Source: the human T2T-CHM13v2.0 reference genome, Homo sapiens
Reading direction: 5' to 3' (one strand)
DNA length: 64,000 bases
NCBI RefSeq assembly: GCF_009914755.1
Contig: NC_060939.1
Both the position numbers and the translations under genes were made by a program. Positions 24,588 through 39,069 of this stretch are shown here, in pieces; position 1 is the first letter of the stretch; the number at the start of each line of letters is the position of its first letter. Under the pieces are notes generated by a model. The model had not been told where the DNA came from and ran no database searches. It worked only from the letters and a program-made list of their open reading frames with translations.

Positions 24588-25909
24588 ACAGCTGTTTCAT
24601 GAGTTTGATTCTATAGCATTGTTTACATTTTAAGATTATCTTTGCATATTTTCTTCAGGAAGATAAATCTGTTAAATAGATATTCTATTGAGTAGTCATT
24701 ACTTTATACAATGCTTACCATACCTTGGCAAATATGTTAGTAGTAGAAATATATTTTTGCATTAAAATAGTAGCCATAATATATTACATGTTTACTTATC
24801 TGTTATTTTCCAAAGAATCTGATATATCCAGATTTCTTCCCTCATCTCTTACACTTTCAAAAATTGAAACACTTCCACAGCAGCAATGGAAGACTAGTAG
24901 TAGTTCCCAATATACCTTTGACATTACAGAAACATATTCTTGTTTAGCGAAAGAATAAAGATGGGGTAAAACTACATAGATACCATCATTAAATAAATTT
25001 TAGAATACTTTCTTGCCTCCTGTTATGTATTTGAGTTAATATGAGCATTTGTCAATTGTACCATATTTTTAAATGAAGTTGGTATCTTGTTTCCTGCATG
25101 GGAGCCGAATTGCTAGGTCAACAGGCCCTTAAATGTCATGAATTGCAATATATACAGCAGATGACACTTGTCAAAGGCTCAGTGATCAATTCAGATACAA
25201 ATCTGACTTGAGGACTGAGAGAAACCAAATCAAATCGATGTAAGAGATAAAGTCCAGGTTTGGCACAGTGGCATAGTCAGCAGCCCTTCTCATGGGATAA
25301 CGCAGCAGGGCCTCCCCTGAGATTGACAGTCCCAGGTCTTGTCAGTTCTCCCGCAGCCTGCAGTTGGATCGCTCTGTCTTCCTACCACGGTGTTCACTGG
25401 GCTAGCGATTAGGCAGCTGGGCAGGGAAAAACAAACAGCAACAATAACAACAAAAATATGATACAGCCAATACACCCTGCCTTCTTTACATTTCCGCAAC
25501 TTTTGCCTTATGATGCCATTTTTTCATACAAGGAGATGTCAAAAATTAAGGCGATTTTCACAGAAAAAAAAGTAATTTAACTGGGAATACCTCCATGTAA
25601 TTAAAACAAAAAGTGTCTATAAGGATGGTGAGTGTGAAGGTCTGGAAATGACTCAAGGCCATGTCAGTGGAGACCAAGCAGTTTGTAACCGACAGAAGCA
25701 AGTCTCAGGCCTCTCTACAGGGAAACTGATCCAGATGCAGATGCAGGGAAGCAACTGTGCTGAGCCCCCAGTCACTGAGGTAGGTGACATCTTCAGTCAT
25801 GAAAGGGGAGTTTGTTAAAATAGTGTCAGCTCCTGGAACACAAGAGTCACATTTTCTATTGATAGTAATTATCTTTAGGGGGCATTTACTAGTTGCCACA
25901 CACTTAATA

Positions 25910-26075
25910 AGACCTTTACATTCATTATTTGAAAGAATACTCACATGAGCTCTCTCAGATAGGTGATGTCATTATTTTCATCTTGTCGATGGAGAAACTG
26001 AGGCCTCAGGTCACATAGCCAGGAAAGCTAAGATGAGAACGCAGCTTTGTGTGACTCCGCACTTTTAACCACGGC
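25910..26075. mobile_element. MIR
   Basis: GATGGAGAAACTGAGGC...AGGTCACATAGCCAG...TGTGTGACTCC. Confidence 0.75.
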
Positions 26076-26079
26076 ATAA

Positions 26080-26362
26080 CTTTTTTTTTTTTGAGACAGA
26101 GTCTCACCTTGTCACCCAGGCAGTGGCAAAATCTCAGCTCACGACAACCTCTGCCCCCCTGGTTCAAGCGATCCTCCCACCTCAGCCTCCTGATTAGCTA
26201 GGATTATAGGCGTGCCACCATGGCCAGCTAATTTTTGTATTTTTAGTAGAGACAGGGTTTCACCATGTTGGCCAAGCTGGCCTTGAACTCCTGACCTCCA
26301 GTGATCCATCCGCCTCAGCCTCCCGAAGTGCTGAGATTACATGTGTGAGCCACTGTGCCCAG
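26080..26362 (-). mobile_element. Alu (AluJ/S-like)
   Basis: Reverse Alu; TSD TTTAACCACGGCATAACTTTT / TTTAACCATGGCATAACTTTT. Confidence 0.93.
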
Positions 26363-26574
26363 ACTTTAACCATGGCATAACTTTTATCCATCTCTATATC
26401 CTCCACAGCACTTGAGGCAGTAGTAGTTAAAGGATTGGATTGGGTGGAAATAAATCGAATGTAAAAGTTTAGACTGTCACCAGAACCTAACAAGGTTCTC
26501 AGCAGGAAGGACTTCTGAAGCATTTTGTATTTTTGTTCCAAGCATTTGAGAATTAGAGAATAATTTTCCTGTTG

Positions 26575-27759
<1,185 letters not shown>

Positions 27760-28599
27760 CTAGGGATCCACCAAAATGTAGAGATTAGCAGAGAAAGTGA
27801 GACCAGCAAAGAAGACTCGGAAATATTGGCCAGGGAAGAAAGGACACCCAAGACGGAGCTGCAAGTGACTGTCTAGGAGAGGACCCTGGAGAAGGCAAGA
27901 AATAATCAGCTTTGGAAATGGGGAGGCACAGTCCCTGAAGGAATGTTCTAGAGTGTCTCAGCAGTGCAGAGTGTATTTTACCAAGAAGAAGGTAATCAGT
28001 CAACTTGATGTCCAAGAAAATTCCATGAAAAAGGAGGCATCAAAATTGTACTGGAAAGTAATTTTATCACTCTTCAGGCTCCTTTGAGTTGATCATCTGA
28101 ATTTTCATTGGACTTATGATTTATTATTCAGTTCCTGCATAAACAAATTGTACTTTTTAAAAATCTCTGTGGTTGTTATACATCATCTTTTGGTTCACTG
28201 GGAAGGATTATTAATCTATTATGAATCAGCTTCCAAGCATTCCTAAATAAGTCTTCTCTTTCCTTCATCTACATATTTTGTCTGCACAGAGACCATCTAA
28301 AGAGACTGCGTAAATGATATTCACATAGTCTAGAAGTTGGGCCACTCAATGTGTGGTTGTGCATAGAAAGACATGGCATCATAGCTCTCTAAAGGGTCAC
28401 CGGGAAGGGCCCGTGCAGGGGGGGAGTTCAGGTTTAGGTTGCCTCTTGGAAAACTCAACAACAATACCAAGGAAAGTGGATGCAGTGATAATGGGACGAG
28501 GGTGGAAGGAGAGGAGGGGGTTCTTGGATGACAGGTTGCTGAATCCGGAACCCTGACACTTGTGAAGTACTCTGTCAGGAACATTAAGTATCCAAAAGT

Positions 28600-30430
28600 G
28601 ATAAAGCTTCAATTTGCTAGTCCATTAGACTAATTACTGCAATAATTAAGTAACTACTTGATTAGAACTAATGGGTACCTAATTATCCAGGAGAAAAGTA
28701 TCAGGTGGCAATTAATAGACTGGAGTTAATGTCTTAGCACTGTCTTTGTATGAATTCATAAGCAAGGTAAATAAAACAAACAATAACTTATTAATATTTA
28801 TTGGTGGCACGGTGTTTTTCAGCTTGTTTCATTTACACAGAACCAATTAGTGGAGAGACCATTAGAGTGGCAGGAAAGAAAGGGACTGAAGCCGACTTAG
28901 CTTTTTAAAGGTACAGGATCTCATTAGCAATAACGACTAACATTTAACTGGAATCAACCTGTGATTTTAGCTTTGTTGCCGTAAATCTATTGAAAGGGGA
29001 TCACAGAGGTGAAAAATCAATAGTCATGATAAAATCAGTGAGAAATTGGCTAATATATTGAAGTCAAGGGCCTTATTAAAGATTTTTCTTGGTCCACTGG
29101 AAACCTCTCATCTATTTCTCCCACTGGTATTTTTAAATGGCTGGGGTGAGAGAGGGACAGGAAGAAACGTAACTTAGGCGAAAAGAAACTTTTCTGATGA
29201 ACACATATCACACAGAAGCCCTGGATTTCTTCCAGCATAAAAGGTTCTCTCTCTAGGCCAGTTATTTTTAAGCATTGACTAAGACCTGCTGCTAATATTA
29301 GAAAATATTTGTTCCAAAAATGTGATGTTAGAACAAGACTTCCATCTGTAGTTATGTTGCTCTGTGGTGATAGTCCTGCCTTGTACAAAACCACTTTGCT
29401 AGAAAGCATCAGGCAGAGTTTGAAAGGCAACACTCAAGTTTAGAGGAGAAAACAGGTCAGCTATTTATTTATTTATTCTTTAATTCAGGAAAACACATGC
29501 TACAAGGTTGTAAGGCTTCTGGGCAAACATAAGAACAAGAACTGAACGGCAGATCAGGAGAGGGAAAAACTGCCCTCCAAATGAACAACGTTCTGAATCC
29601 AACATTTCCGCTGTGTAAAGAAAATAATAGCTGTATGCTTAGAATTTTCTTTGCTTAGTTCAATGGTCTTTTTGAAGACAACGATTTTTAAAAATTGAGG
29701 AGAGGTTTGGACTTGTGTTAAATTTATTAACATTTTAAAAGTAATGTAATTAACCCTACAGTATAGGAAAACCCCATCTACTTTTATTTTATTTCCTTGG
29801 CGAGTATAAATAATTGAAGTGTGTTTTAATCATATTTTTTGGGGAAAAGCAATCACCTTGTATTAGAGTACATACAGTGACAAATGGTGATAAATCTAAA
29901 ATTTATAGAAAGGGAGCATTTGCATAAACTGCAGAATCCAAACACATAGAACATTAAGAGTAACAATTGTTGAAAAGGGCATGAAAAATTCAACTTTGGT
30001 TTCACGATAGGGGCCCGGATTTCTAACATGATTAAGATAATACATCACTTGGCCCTCTCTTATTAAAGGCATAATTGTTGTTAGAACCAGAAGTGGCATT
30101 AAAGCTAATCTAGTTTTATATATGTACAAATATGAAGAGAAGTGCACTTGCAGACGGTTGCTTTTGGAGATCCATAGGCATTTTATTAACGTTTGAATAA
30201 TAACCGCCTAGAGGGCCTGTTATAAATTAAAGGGACGGATTGAGATATAAATTTTTATGAGGACTAGTTATACATTTCCATTATGTGTTTAAAAATGAAG
30301 GAATTACTGTGAGCGCTGCAGTACTCACATTTATTTGAGGTGATTTGGACGGGAGGGACGGTGGATGAGAGCTGTAGCGTGGCGGCAGTAAGAAAGATGT
30401 ATCTGTCCCTTTGAACAGATACATCATATG
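28600..30430. promoter_or_regulatory. Putative conserved non-coding / enhancer block
   Basis: No recognisable transposon; dense TAAT/ATTA, GTAAATA, TGACA; locally retained CpGs ~30200-30400. Function is inference only. Confidence 0.4.
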
Positions 30431-30864
30431 TCATGCATGAACTCTGTTCTACCAGAGTCGCTCCTCCACTGCCAAATCTGCATGATTATTTCTATGACAA
30501 TAGCGAGTGATGATATAGCGTGAGTTTCATGCCACTTAAAGGGTTTCCTATGGTTCAATCCTGGAAGACTTGGCTATTATCTCTCTGCTAATGGAATAAC
30601 AGAAGACAGTGATCACTGGAAAGCAATTCTAGTTCCTCTCTTTGCTCCTGGCATACTTTCTAGGGTTTGATAACTGGCCCAAATGCATTTGGGGAAGCAG
30701 ATCCCACTGAATGATAATCATCCTTCTTTCTTCGTGTCTTCTGATCAGTTCTAACGTTGTCCTCGGTTTGACAGATATAATGGGTCTATGAATTTTCAAT
30801 GCTTATAAACTACAACCCCAGTGGATTCAGGAAGACCTGTGCAGACATGCTTATGTGGCTACAT

Positions 30865-30894
30865 GCACACACAGGCACATATGCCCATACACAG

Positions 30895-30925
<31 letters not shown>

Positions 30926-30945
30926 ATCATGCACACATGCATGCA
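30865..30945. repeat. (CA)n microsatellite
   Basis: CA run ~30903-30924 with degenerate flanks. Confidence 0.9.
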
Positions 30946-31226
30946 GACTTATAGATCTAACCCAAACCCTAAGAATATCAATACATGTTAGAAAGCACTG
31001 CATTCTCTGTCACTTATAGCTCCACACAAGTTTTGAAATCAGGCAAGTCCAAAGTTACATCCCAGCCAGAATGCTCACAAGTTGGTGATGTGAGCAAGCT
31101 ATTTAACTGGTAGCTCTCAGTTCCCATATTTGTATAAGGAAAAGCTTATAAAGCCATTTGGAAGATTAAATGTCATTTAATGCAAGATTCCTGGTACACA
31201 ATACAATCTTGCTAAACTTGTATTCC

Positions 31227-31641
31227 TGTGTTAAGTAAGGGCTGCTGTAGCAAAGTAACACAGACTGGGTGATTTAAACAACAGAAATTTACTGTCTCAA
31301 AGTCCTGGAGGCCAGAAGTCAGAGATCAAGGCGTTCACAGGATTGGTTCCTTCTGAAGCCTATGAGGAAAGGATCCGTCCCAGCCCTTTCTCGTTGGCTA
31401 ATCGATGGCCATCTTCTCCTGATGTCTTCACATCATCTTCCTTCTGGGGAAGAGTCACACTCTGGGTTCTTAGCCTCTCTTCTTACAGGGACACCAGTCA
31501 ATACTAGATTAAGGCCCACCTACTGACCTCATTTTCACCAGATTATCTTTTTAAAGACTCTATCTCTAAACAGTCTGAGCTACTAGGGGTTAGGACTTCA
31601 ACATATGAATTGAGTTGGGGGTTACAATTTAACATATAACA
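31227..31641 (-). mobile_element. MaLR LTR (MLT1B/C-like), preceded by a MIR fragment ~31030-31210
   Basis: AGGGCTGCTGTAGCAAAGTAACACAGACTGGGTGATTTAAACAACAGAAATTTA ... GGTTAGGACTTCAACATATGAAT...ATAACA. Confidence 0.85.
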
Positions 31642-32467
31642 AAATGTTTGATGAATGAATAAATAAAAGAATATCATCAAAGATCTTGTGAGGATAAAAA
31701 GTGTTTATTCTCAAGTTATCACATCCCCATCTCTAGCCCAATTTGGCAATCTGGGTAAGACACTCAAACTTTCCATATTGCTTGTGGTCATCCACTTACT
31801 CTGATAAAATGACAAGAATATTTGTGATTTTTTTTTCTTATTGCAAATTGACATGAACCAATCCCAGGTGTGCTAGGTGATTACAGGCCACTGCATCCAG
31901 GTGGTGGGCAATCCAGTACCCTCAGCCACCACATGCTTCCAGCAAATCTGTGGGAGCCCCTTGTGAAAATGATCATTGCTTGAATGATTATAATGATGAC
32001 CAAAGAGATGCAGCATGTAGAAGAAAATCAGAGCTCTTGTTGTGCTGGTTTTAAAATAGACTGAACTATCCACATACATCTTTTCCAAACCCAGAAAACT
32101 TCCTAATGGTAGGGTTATTTGAATTTAAATTCCAGAACATCAGCTCTTCACCAACATACTGCTATTTACCAATTTTAGAAATAATGTTAAAAGACTACAT
32201 AAGGTCTTCCTTCCCCATCTTCGTGAATGGTCAATAAAAACCCAAAAGGCAGAGGGGTATCCTCTGAGTCTGCCTGCCTTCTCCCTTCCCAGTTGGCTAA
32301 TAGGGGGACTTCAGACACGCTTTTTTTTTTCTACTTTATTCTCTTAATCTCCAAATGGTCCTTGTGAAGAAACAATATGTGATGTCCTCACACAGGGTGG
32401 AACTTGCAATTATTATTTTAGTATTGTTTTCATATTTAGAGCTGAGAAGGAGCAGGGCCTCAGAGTC

Positions 32468-33058
32468 CAGCAGGTACTCAAATAACGTCATTTTCTTCAA
32501 CATCATTTCATTATAATGTTCACGAGAAAAAAACTCCATTCCTGCTGGGGCCACAGTCTGTGTGGAGTTTGCACGTTCTCCCCATGTGTGCCTGGGGGTT
32601 CTGCAAGTACTTCAGTTTCCTCCCACATCCCAAAGCTGTGCACGTTAGGTTATCTGGCGTGTCTACATGGCACCAATGTGAGTGAGTATGGTTGTGTGTG
32701 CATGTGCTCTGTGATGGGATAACGTCCTGGCCAGGCCTGGTTCTCACCTTGCACCCTGAACCTGCCCAGATGAGCTCCAGCCACTCACAACCTGAACTGC
32801 CACAAGTTGGAGAATTATCTGGTTTTTCACTTTCTTAAAGTATGAATAGCTCACATTTACTTCAATGTTGAATATTAGAAGTGTTTGGGGTCTTTATGTA
32901 GAAGTTTGATGATGTTTTTGTGACCAGAAATAAGCCATAGGTACTCAACTCTTGTTTATGTCAATTAGCCTATGGGAATGCTGGTTTCCTTATATGTTAT
33001 TTCATTTAAAGTCACTGTTTCAAGGAACATAGCCACGATATTAAGTGAGGACTTATTG
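32468..33058 (+). mobile_element. MER6A-like TcMar-Tigger DNA transposon
   Basis: Imperfect TIRs CAGCAGGTACTCAAATAACGTC / GATATTAAGTGAGGACTTATTG followed by TA; internal TGTGTGGAGTTTGCACGTTCTCCCC core; ~590 bp. Confidence 0.75.
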
Positions 33059-33774
33059 TAACTGATGCCCTTGAACCTACCTTTCTAGTTTATCTCAAAC
33101 TTCTGGTTTTAAGTTAGAGGTAAACTGAGTGGCAGGCACCATGGGAAAGTTACGAAGTAGAATGAAAACTCAGAGCCTTAGAACTGTGCCTTTGAAAGCA
33201 CCAGTGATGGTGTTTCCTCAAAGATGGGCTGAGAGGAGGAGCATGAGTGAGTCAAACCTGCCTCCCTTTAGCCCTACCTAGCCCTGCACCTGGTGCCTGT
33301 AGTTCTTGGGCAGTAGGTGCTGGTCCCAAAGAGGAAAGCAGCATGAATTTCTCAGCACGGCATAACAACTAGGAAAAGGAGGAGGAACTGTCTGTGCAGA
33401 GCCCATCACTTCTGAAACATTGATGCTTACTCACCCTTCCTACACAGACAAGGTTGTGCCATGGAATAACCAAGGGCAGGAGAGTCAGTGGTTGGCTGAT
33501 GTGTAATGATTGACTGTCCTACAGTTGTAAGTAGGAGAAACACTCATTCACCAGGCACCTGACACAGGTGGCTTTAGGGTGGTCTCAGAAACCAAGGGCT
33601 CTGCTGCCACAGATAGGAGAGAAGGCACCAGAGTATTTCATCTGCCAGTTTGTATGTAGAAATGCCTGAAGCCCAGAAGAGGGGGAGATGAGAGTTTGAA
33701 TAGGGTGACTGAGCATGGAGGGTAATTCAGTACATTTAACCTAAATGGTGTCTGCTAGAATTTGCATGAATACA

Positions 33775-33840
33775 TGTGTGTGTGTGTGTGTGTGTGTGTG
33801 AGTGTGTGCATGCATTCGTGCATGCGTGGGTGTGCATGTA
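33775..33840. repeat. (TG)n microsatellite
   Basis: TG run with degenerate TGCA continuation. Confidence 0.9.
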
Positions 33841-36720
33841 CCATGCATATACACCCATCTATACACACATTCATATTTTGGCTTGGGTGGTATCCCTAGG
33901 CTCACTGAGATTTATTTCTTTTAGTCTGGAAAGAATACTAGAAGAGGTCTTGTCATTTCCTCATCCCCCTCATATTTCTGAGATTTTCTAGATGTCAAAA
34001 GGGAAAAAAATGAAATATAATATGATGAGAAAAGAAATGATACAATGCTCAGATTTTGTTTTTTCTTAAAAGAGCTTGATTTCACTCTGGCTTGGGTGAA
34101 AGTTCAGTTTGGTTCTTATTTTATCCACACCATTTGCCCATCCCTCATGAGATGCTCAGCTCCCTAAGTCCCTCTGTCATTCTGTTTGTGTTCAATTCTA
34201 TCTTCCTCATTCCTATAGAATGCAGTTGTATTATGAAGTGGCCTGGACCTGGCCCAGTATTTTAAACATGACCTGCCTCATATCTTGCACCCTGGAAGAA
34301 CAAATCCTTTTGGTTCTTTCTTGTTCAATACTTACAAATTCATTGCCCAATTTTGAGCGTTGTTATTTTGTCCTTGCTGCAGTAGTGACCAAAGCTGATT
34401 TTCTGGAAGTTGGATTTCTTTCGTCCCATAGCTACTTTTCTCCCGCTTTCAGCTCAGTTACCCGGTTATTTTAATCATGAAACTAAGGCGATGAAGGGAC
34501 TCCATAGTGAGGTTAGGAAGAGGTTACAGCAAAAACGCATATGAAATAAAAGATTAATTTTCCTACGGTTTTCTTTATATTCAATGAATAGCCAAAAAAT
34601 TTTATAGAAAATCTAACGGCACTATTATTAGCCTAAAAATGACACTTAAAAATACCCCAAATTTGGGAATCAGGCATCCTTTTATCTATGAAAATAATAC
34701 AAAGAAAGAAATATATTTGAGATGTTTTTTTCCATCATGATGATGTAAGTGTGTATCCAAACTCTGCTCCACTTACCTTTATAAATGAGGTCATGGACTG
34801 ATGTGTATCTGAGATAAGAGTGCACCTGTAACCATTTGGAGAATTTCTGTAACCTTGACCTCACTGATCCTCTTCAATTAACTGACCCAGCCCGGAATAC
34901 CCATGGGGAAAAGAGGTGAAGAATCAGATACTCATTCCATTTTTTAAAAAGTCCTGCTGTTGAATCAAAGAATTTAATCTACCACCACCACTTCCTGTTA
35001 CCCACACTAGCTCTTAATCTACCATCAGGAAGTGAACAGGGCCCTGGGGGAAAGAACCTAACTCACTATTTCTTAGATGCCTCCATGGAAGCTCAAAAGC
35101 ATTTTTCCCCTGAATAGATCATTTAATCTCCTTTTACCACAGCCTCCTTTCTTGAAAGATGGAGGTCATAATACTAGCATATTTCAAAGGCTTATTGGAA
35201 AAAACTATCTGGATAGCCATTATCAAGCATTTTGTAAATATGAAGTGCTGTATATGGGCTAATAATTCTTGAAATGATACAATTTTATGCAGTTATCAAG
35301 TACTATCGCTAGAGCCTTTCAATTTCTCTGGGTATTTATCTTTTCTTCCTCTTCTACCTACTTTTACATTAAGATATAGAGAAATACAATTCCTTTCCTT
35401 TCCTCACGACTAAGATTTGAGACAGCCTTTAGTGAAGGAGAGAAAGCTCTTAGAAACATTATCTGTGGATCCAAATGCAAAAGTTTTCAACTAGAGAATC
35501 ATCACCAACAGATGAATCTGAATATCTTCTAGAGAAATAGGGTACTAAAGTGAGAAGTTAAATTTTTTAAAGATCCAGAAATATATTTTTTAGAAAATAA
35601 AAACATCTCCTTAGGAGGGACTGTTGTTACCAGCAACTATGGCAAAAGTATAAATACTAATCATTTGTTGAGGACCTAGTATACGCTAGGTGCAATACAT
35701 AGAATTTTTATTCTTGGCAACAACATTGAAGACTTGAAATTTTCATTTCATAAATGAAGGACCTTCCCAAATTTTTACAGCAAAGGGACGAGAATATCAA
35801 ACTTTCTGAATTCAAAGCCTGGGCTCTGTTTCATAGGGCATACCACCTTTCTATTATCTATTGACCACTCAGTAATCCAGGCTAACTAACATGACCCAAA
35901 TTATCTACATAGTGATCAGGTTTCTACTTTGTACTCTGGGGACATGTGTCATCTCATTGACTTGTTAGACCCCTCTTCAGATAGCCATCCAGTACATGAC
36001 AACATATAAAATTGAAAGTAGAAATTCCTACTTAAAATTTTTCAAAAGTATGACCCCTAGGCCTCCTCAATGTTAATAATTTTTGGCTGTGTGAAATGTC
36101 TTTTGGCAGATAACCAACAAGAGATGACTCTAAATGGGAGCATATGATTGAGAAATTGATGTAGCTCTTCTTATTGTGATCATTACAGGCAGAAATAGAA
36201 ATCACTTTGCTAAATAGGACTATAACATTTCATACCTGGGATAGGTTTGGCTGAGGGCCCTAGTATGACTGATAAGCTAAAAGAACTATTTATTTGGGGA
36301 TATTATGATCTGTAAAAGCATTGTAAACCTTTCTACCTGTTAGAGCTAATGTGAAATCATTGCATGGAAAAAAGAGATGTTGAGCTATTAGGATAGATAA
36401 AGCTATTTTAAAATTTTAGTTTTGAACATATGTAATCAGAACAAATACACATATGCATATAAATGTAATGACAGTTCTATAAAATCATCTCCACAATTCA
36501 AATATCTTGATTATTCCAACATATTTTAATTTGCACTAAATTTTTAGTTATTTGAAGGTTTAGAGAATATATATCTATGACCCAATGAAAACCTCAGCTG
36601 TTATCTTTGTGTTAAACACATCTAATATACAGTATCCGGAATAATTATCATGCCACTGGAGGAACTTATTTATTAGTAAGAATTTGTTTTTTCATTTCTA
36701 AAACATTAAATAATTTTTCA

Positions 36721-36915
36721 AATTTGTTCCTATTTTTTCAACATTAAGTAAATATCACCCATGGTACTATGAAGTGGTAGCTGATCGTGGATGCCTGCTA
36801 TGGAAATCCCAGATTTTCGATTTCATAGGGTCCCTAATGGCATTAATCAAGGCAGCGCAACTTACTTAAAAGGAACAGATGATTAATCTTGACAATAGAA
36901 ATGTAAACAGAACTC
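36721..36915 (+). repeat. Copy A of a 195-bp local direct duplication
   Basis: Ungapped alignment to 37924-38118, about 22 substitutions by hand count. Confidence 0.92.
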
Positions 36916-37923
36916 TAATTCATGAATTGGCGATTACCCACCCCCTCCCCCCCATACACACACAATCCACCACTGGGATATTAGCCCTTTGTTTGAGATT
37001 TACCCTGTGCCACATACATATTATAAGAACAAAAGAGAGTTCTTTATATTTAAAAATATCCATTCAGCTCAGCTTACAGAACAGGGGAAAAATTGCTATA
37101 TTTATCAAGGTTGATTTTGTTTTCCAAGTCTCTAATTCGAAACTGAAGAATGCAAGACTACATACATCAGGTGTTTCCAGCAAAATAGCAGCAGCAGCAG
37201 CAAATCATAGACATTTGTCATTCCTTAGAGCTGTCTGACAGTTCTGACAATTCATTAGGCTGAGCTGAAAAGAGGTTTAGAAAGCAAAGAAGGGATCACA
37301 GGTAGGAGAGTGTCTTTTGCATGATCCAGTAATGGCTGATTTGTATCATTTTGGGTGATGGATACACTGTTCAGATTAAACCCAGCAGGGTTTTCTCCCC
37401 TCTCCCTTTCCTTGATTTCCCCCTGCCCCCAGTTTCCTTCCTTCTAGAAGCCCCCAGGACATTGAGTATAGGTTATACCTTCAGTAGTAGTTCATCCTCA
37501 AAGGTAGGTTCATATATATATCGAGGAAGTGCTTTCTTCCAAAGGAAGCTGCTTCAGAGACAGAGGGAGTCACTGAGAAGTAACAAAACCATTCCTTGCT
37601 TCCCTGTTTTTACCTGTCATATGAGATTTCATCCCATTCATGCTCATCAAAGTATCTATGTGCCCTACATCCAAGTCACTAACACGTGAGCTCTAACACA
37701 TCAGCAGCTGACTTTGTCCCAGCCCATCATAATGGCTGCACAATTCTTCATACATGGGTATAAAGGGTTCTCGGCTACCAGTTGTCTGCTCATCCTTGGG
37801 ATAGGACTGGGGATTCATTTCAGGCATTGTCTTTTGAAACCTCTTGCAATGCCCAGGTTAGGAAACTTTTCATTATTAATTTAGATAAAGAGCAATTGTA
37901 GTGAATAAACCATAAAAGGCTCT

Positions 37924-38118
37924 AATTTGCTCCTGTTTCTTTAACTGTAAGTAAATATCACCAATGGTTCTTTGAAGTGGTAGCTGATCCTGGAAGCCTG
38001 CTATGGAAATTCAAGATTTTCAATTTTTTAGGGTCCCTAATGGCATTAATCAAGGCAGCACAACTTACTAAGAAAGAACAGATGATTAATCTTGACAATA
38101 GTAATGTAAACATAACTC
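37924..38118 (+). repeat. Copy B of a 195-bp local direct duplication
   Basis: Shares exact TAGGGTCCCTAATGGCATTAATCAAGGCAGC and GAACAGATGATTAATCTTGACAATAG with copy A. Confidence 0.92.
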
Positions 38119-38389
38119 CCTATACTTGGGGTGCACATAACAGTATATCAAAAAGTATTTCTGGACTTTTGCTACTAATGACTGCAATGTGGGTTACCCA
38201 ACTCAAGAAGGTGAATTTAATGAAGCAAAATCAGTACTACTTAGGGTCAACTTTGTGTGCAATGGTTTGGGAGAGAAAAAGACAGTAGAGATATAGGCTG
38301 TATCTTTAAGGTTTACACTTAAACCAAGACTTAAAGCTAATCAAAAATTTAAAACTCTCCAGACTATGCATGAGACTACATTCCTTTAC

Positions 38390-39045
38390 TTAGTTGCTTA
38401 CTTTTCAAACATTTCTTAACAATTTCTAAGCATCCAGGAATTTCCCAGGAACTAGAGATTATCCTTAAAGAGAATTGAGACAGCATAGAGACAATTCATC
38501 AAATAGTGAAACTCATAATTGACTAAAAATTGTACATTGTGATTAGTGCCATGAAAATAATCAAACAATAGAAAATAATAAAAAAAAAAGTAGAGTTGCT
38601 GGCTTGGGTAGAGTCAGAAGGGAAGTCCTGCCTGAAGAGGTAACATTTGAAATGAAAATGAGAATGCGTGCCACGACACCCACGAGGGAGAGTGAATTTC
38701 CCATTCATGTATTCTAGGGGGAAAAAATGTGCAAATATGGCTTGAATTAGGTGAGAGGGAAGACTGGAGAAGGTCCCGGACTGCAGGGATTTTTGCCTTG
38801 TTCACAGCTGTATCCTCTGTGCCTAAAAAAGTGTATGGCACCTAGGATATCCTCCATGAAGATTTATTACCTATATAATGAATGGAGACCAGAGTGTTGC
38901 AGGATGGAGCTTGGGAGGTAAATGGAAGCCAGATCAAATAGGGCACTGTGAGTAGGAAGAGTTGTAAGGAGCTTCTCTTTTGTTCTAAATAGAAAAGGCT
39001 TAAACAGAGGAGTGACAGGATTTAATTTATATTTTTAAAAGCCAA
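38390..39045 (-). mobile_element. L2 fragments (includes an opposite-orientation L2 3' piece ~38780-38880)
   Basis: CCTGAAGAGGTAACATTTGA; TTAAACAGAGGAGTGACAGGAT; TTGTTCACAGCTGTATCCTCTGTGCCTA. Confidence 0.6.
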
Positions 39046-39069
39046 CTGACTCACAGAATGGACCTTGTT

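Noticed and set aside
36721-38288. Duplicated 195-bp segment as tandem coding exons (ORFs 36879-37238, 37977-38288)
   Set aside because: The shared frame has a TAA stop in copy A (~36866), substitutions are mostly non-synonymous, and no matching splice sites flank both copies.
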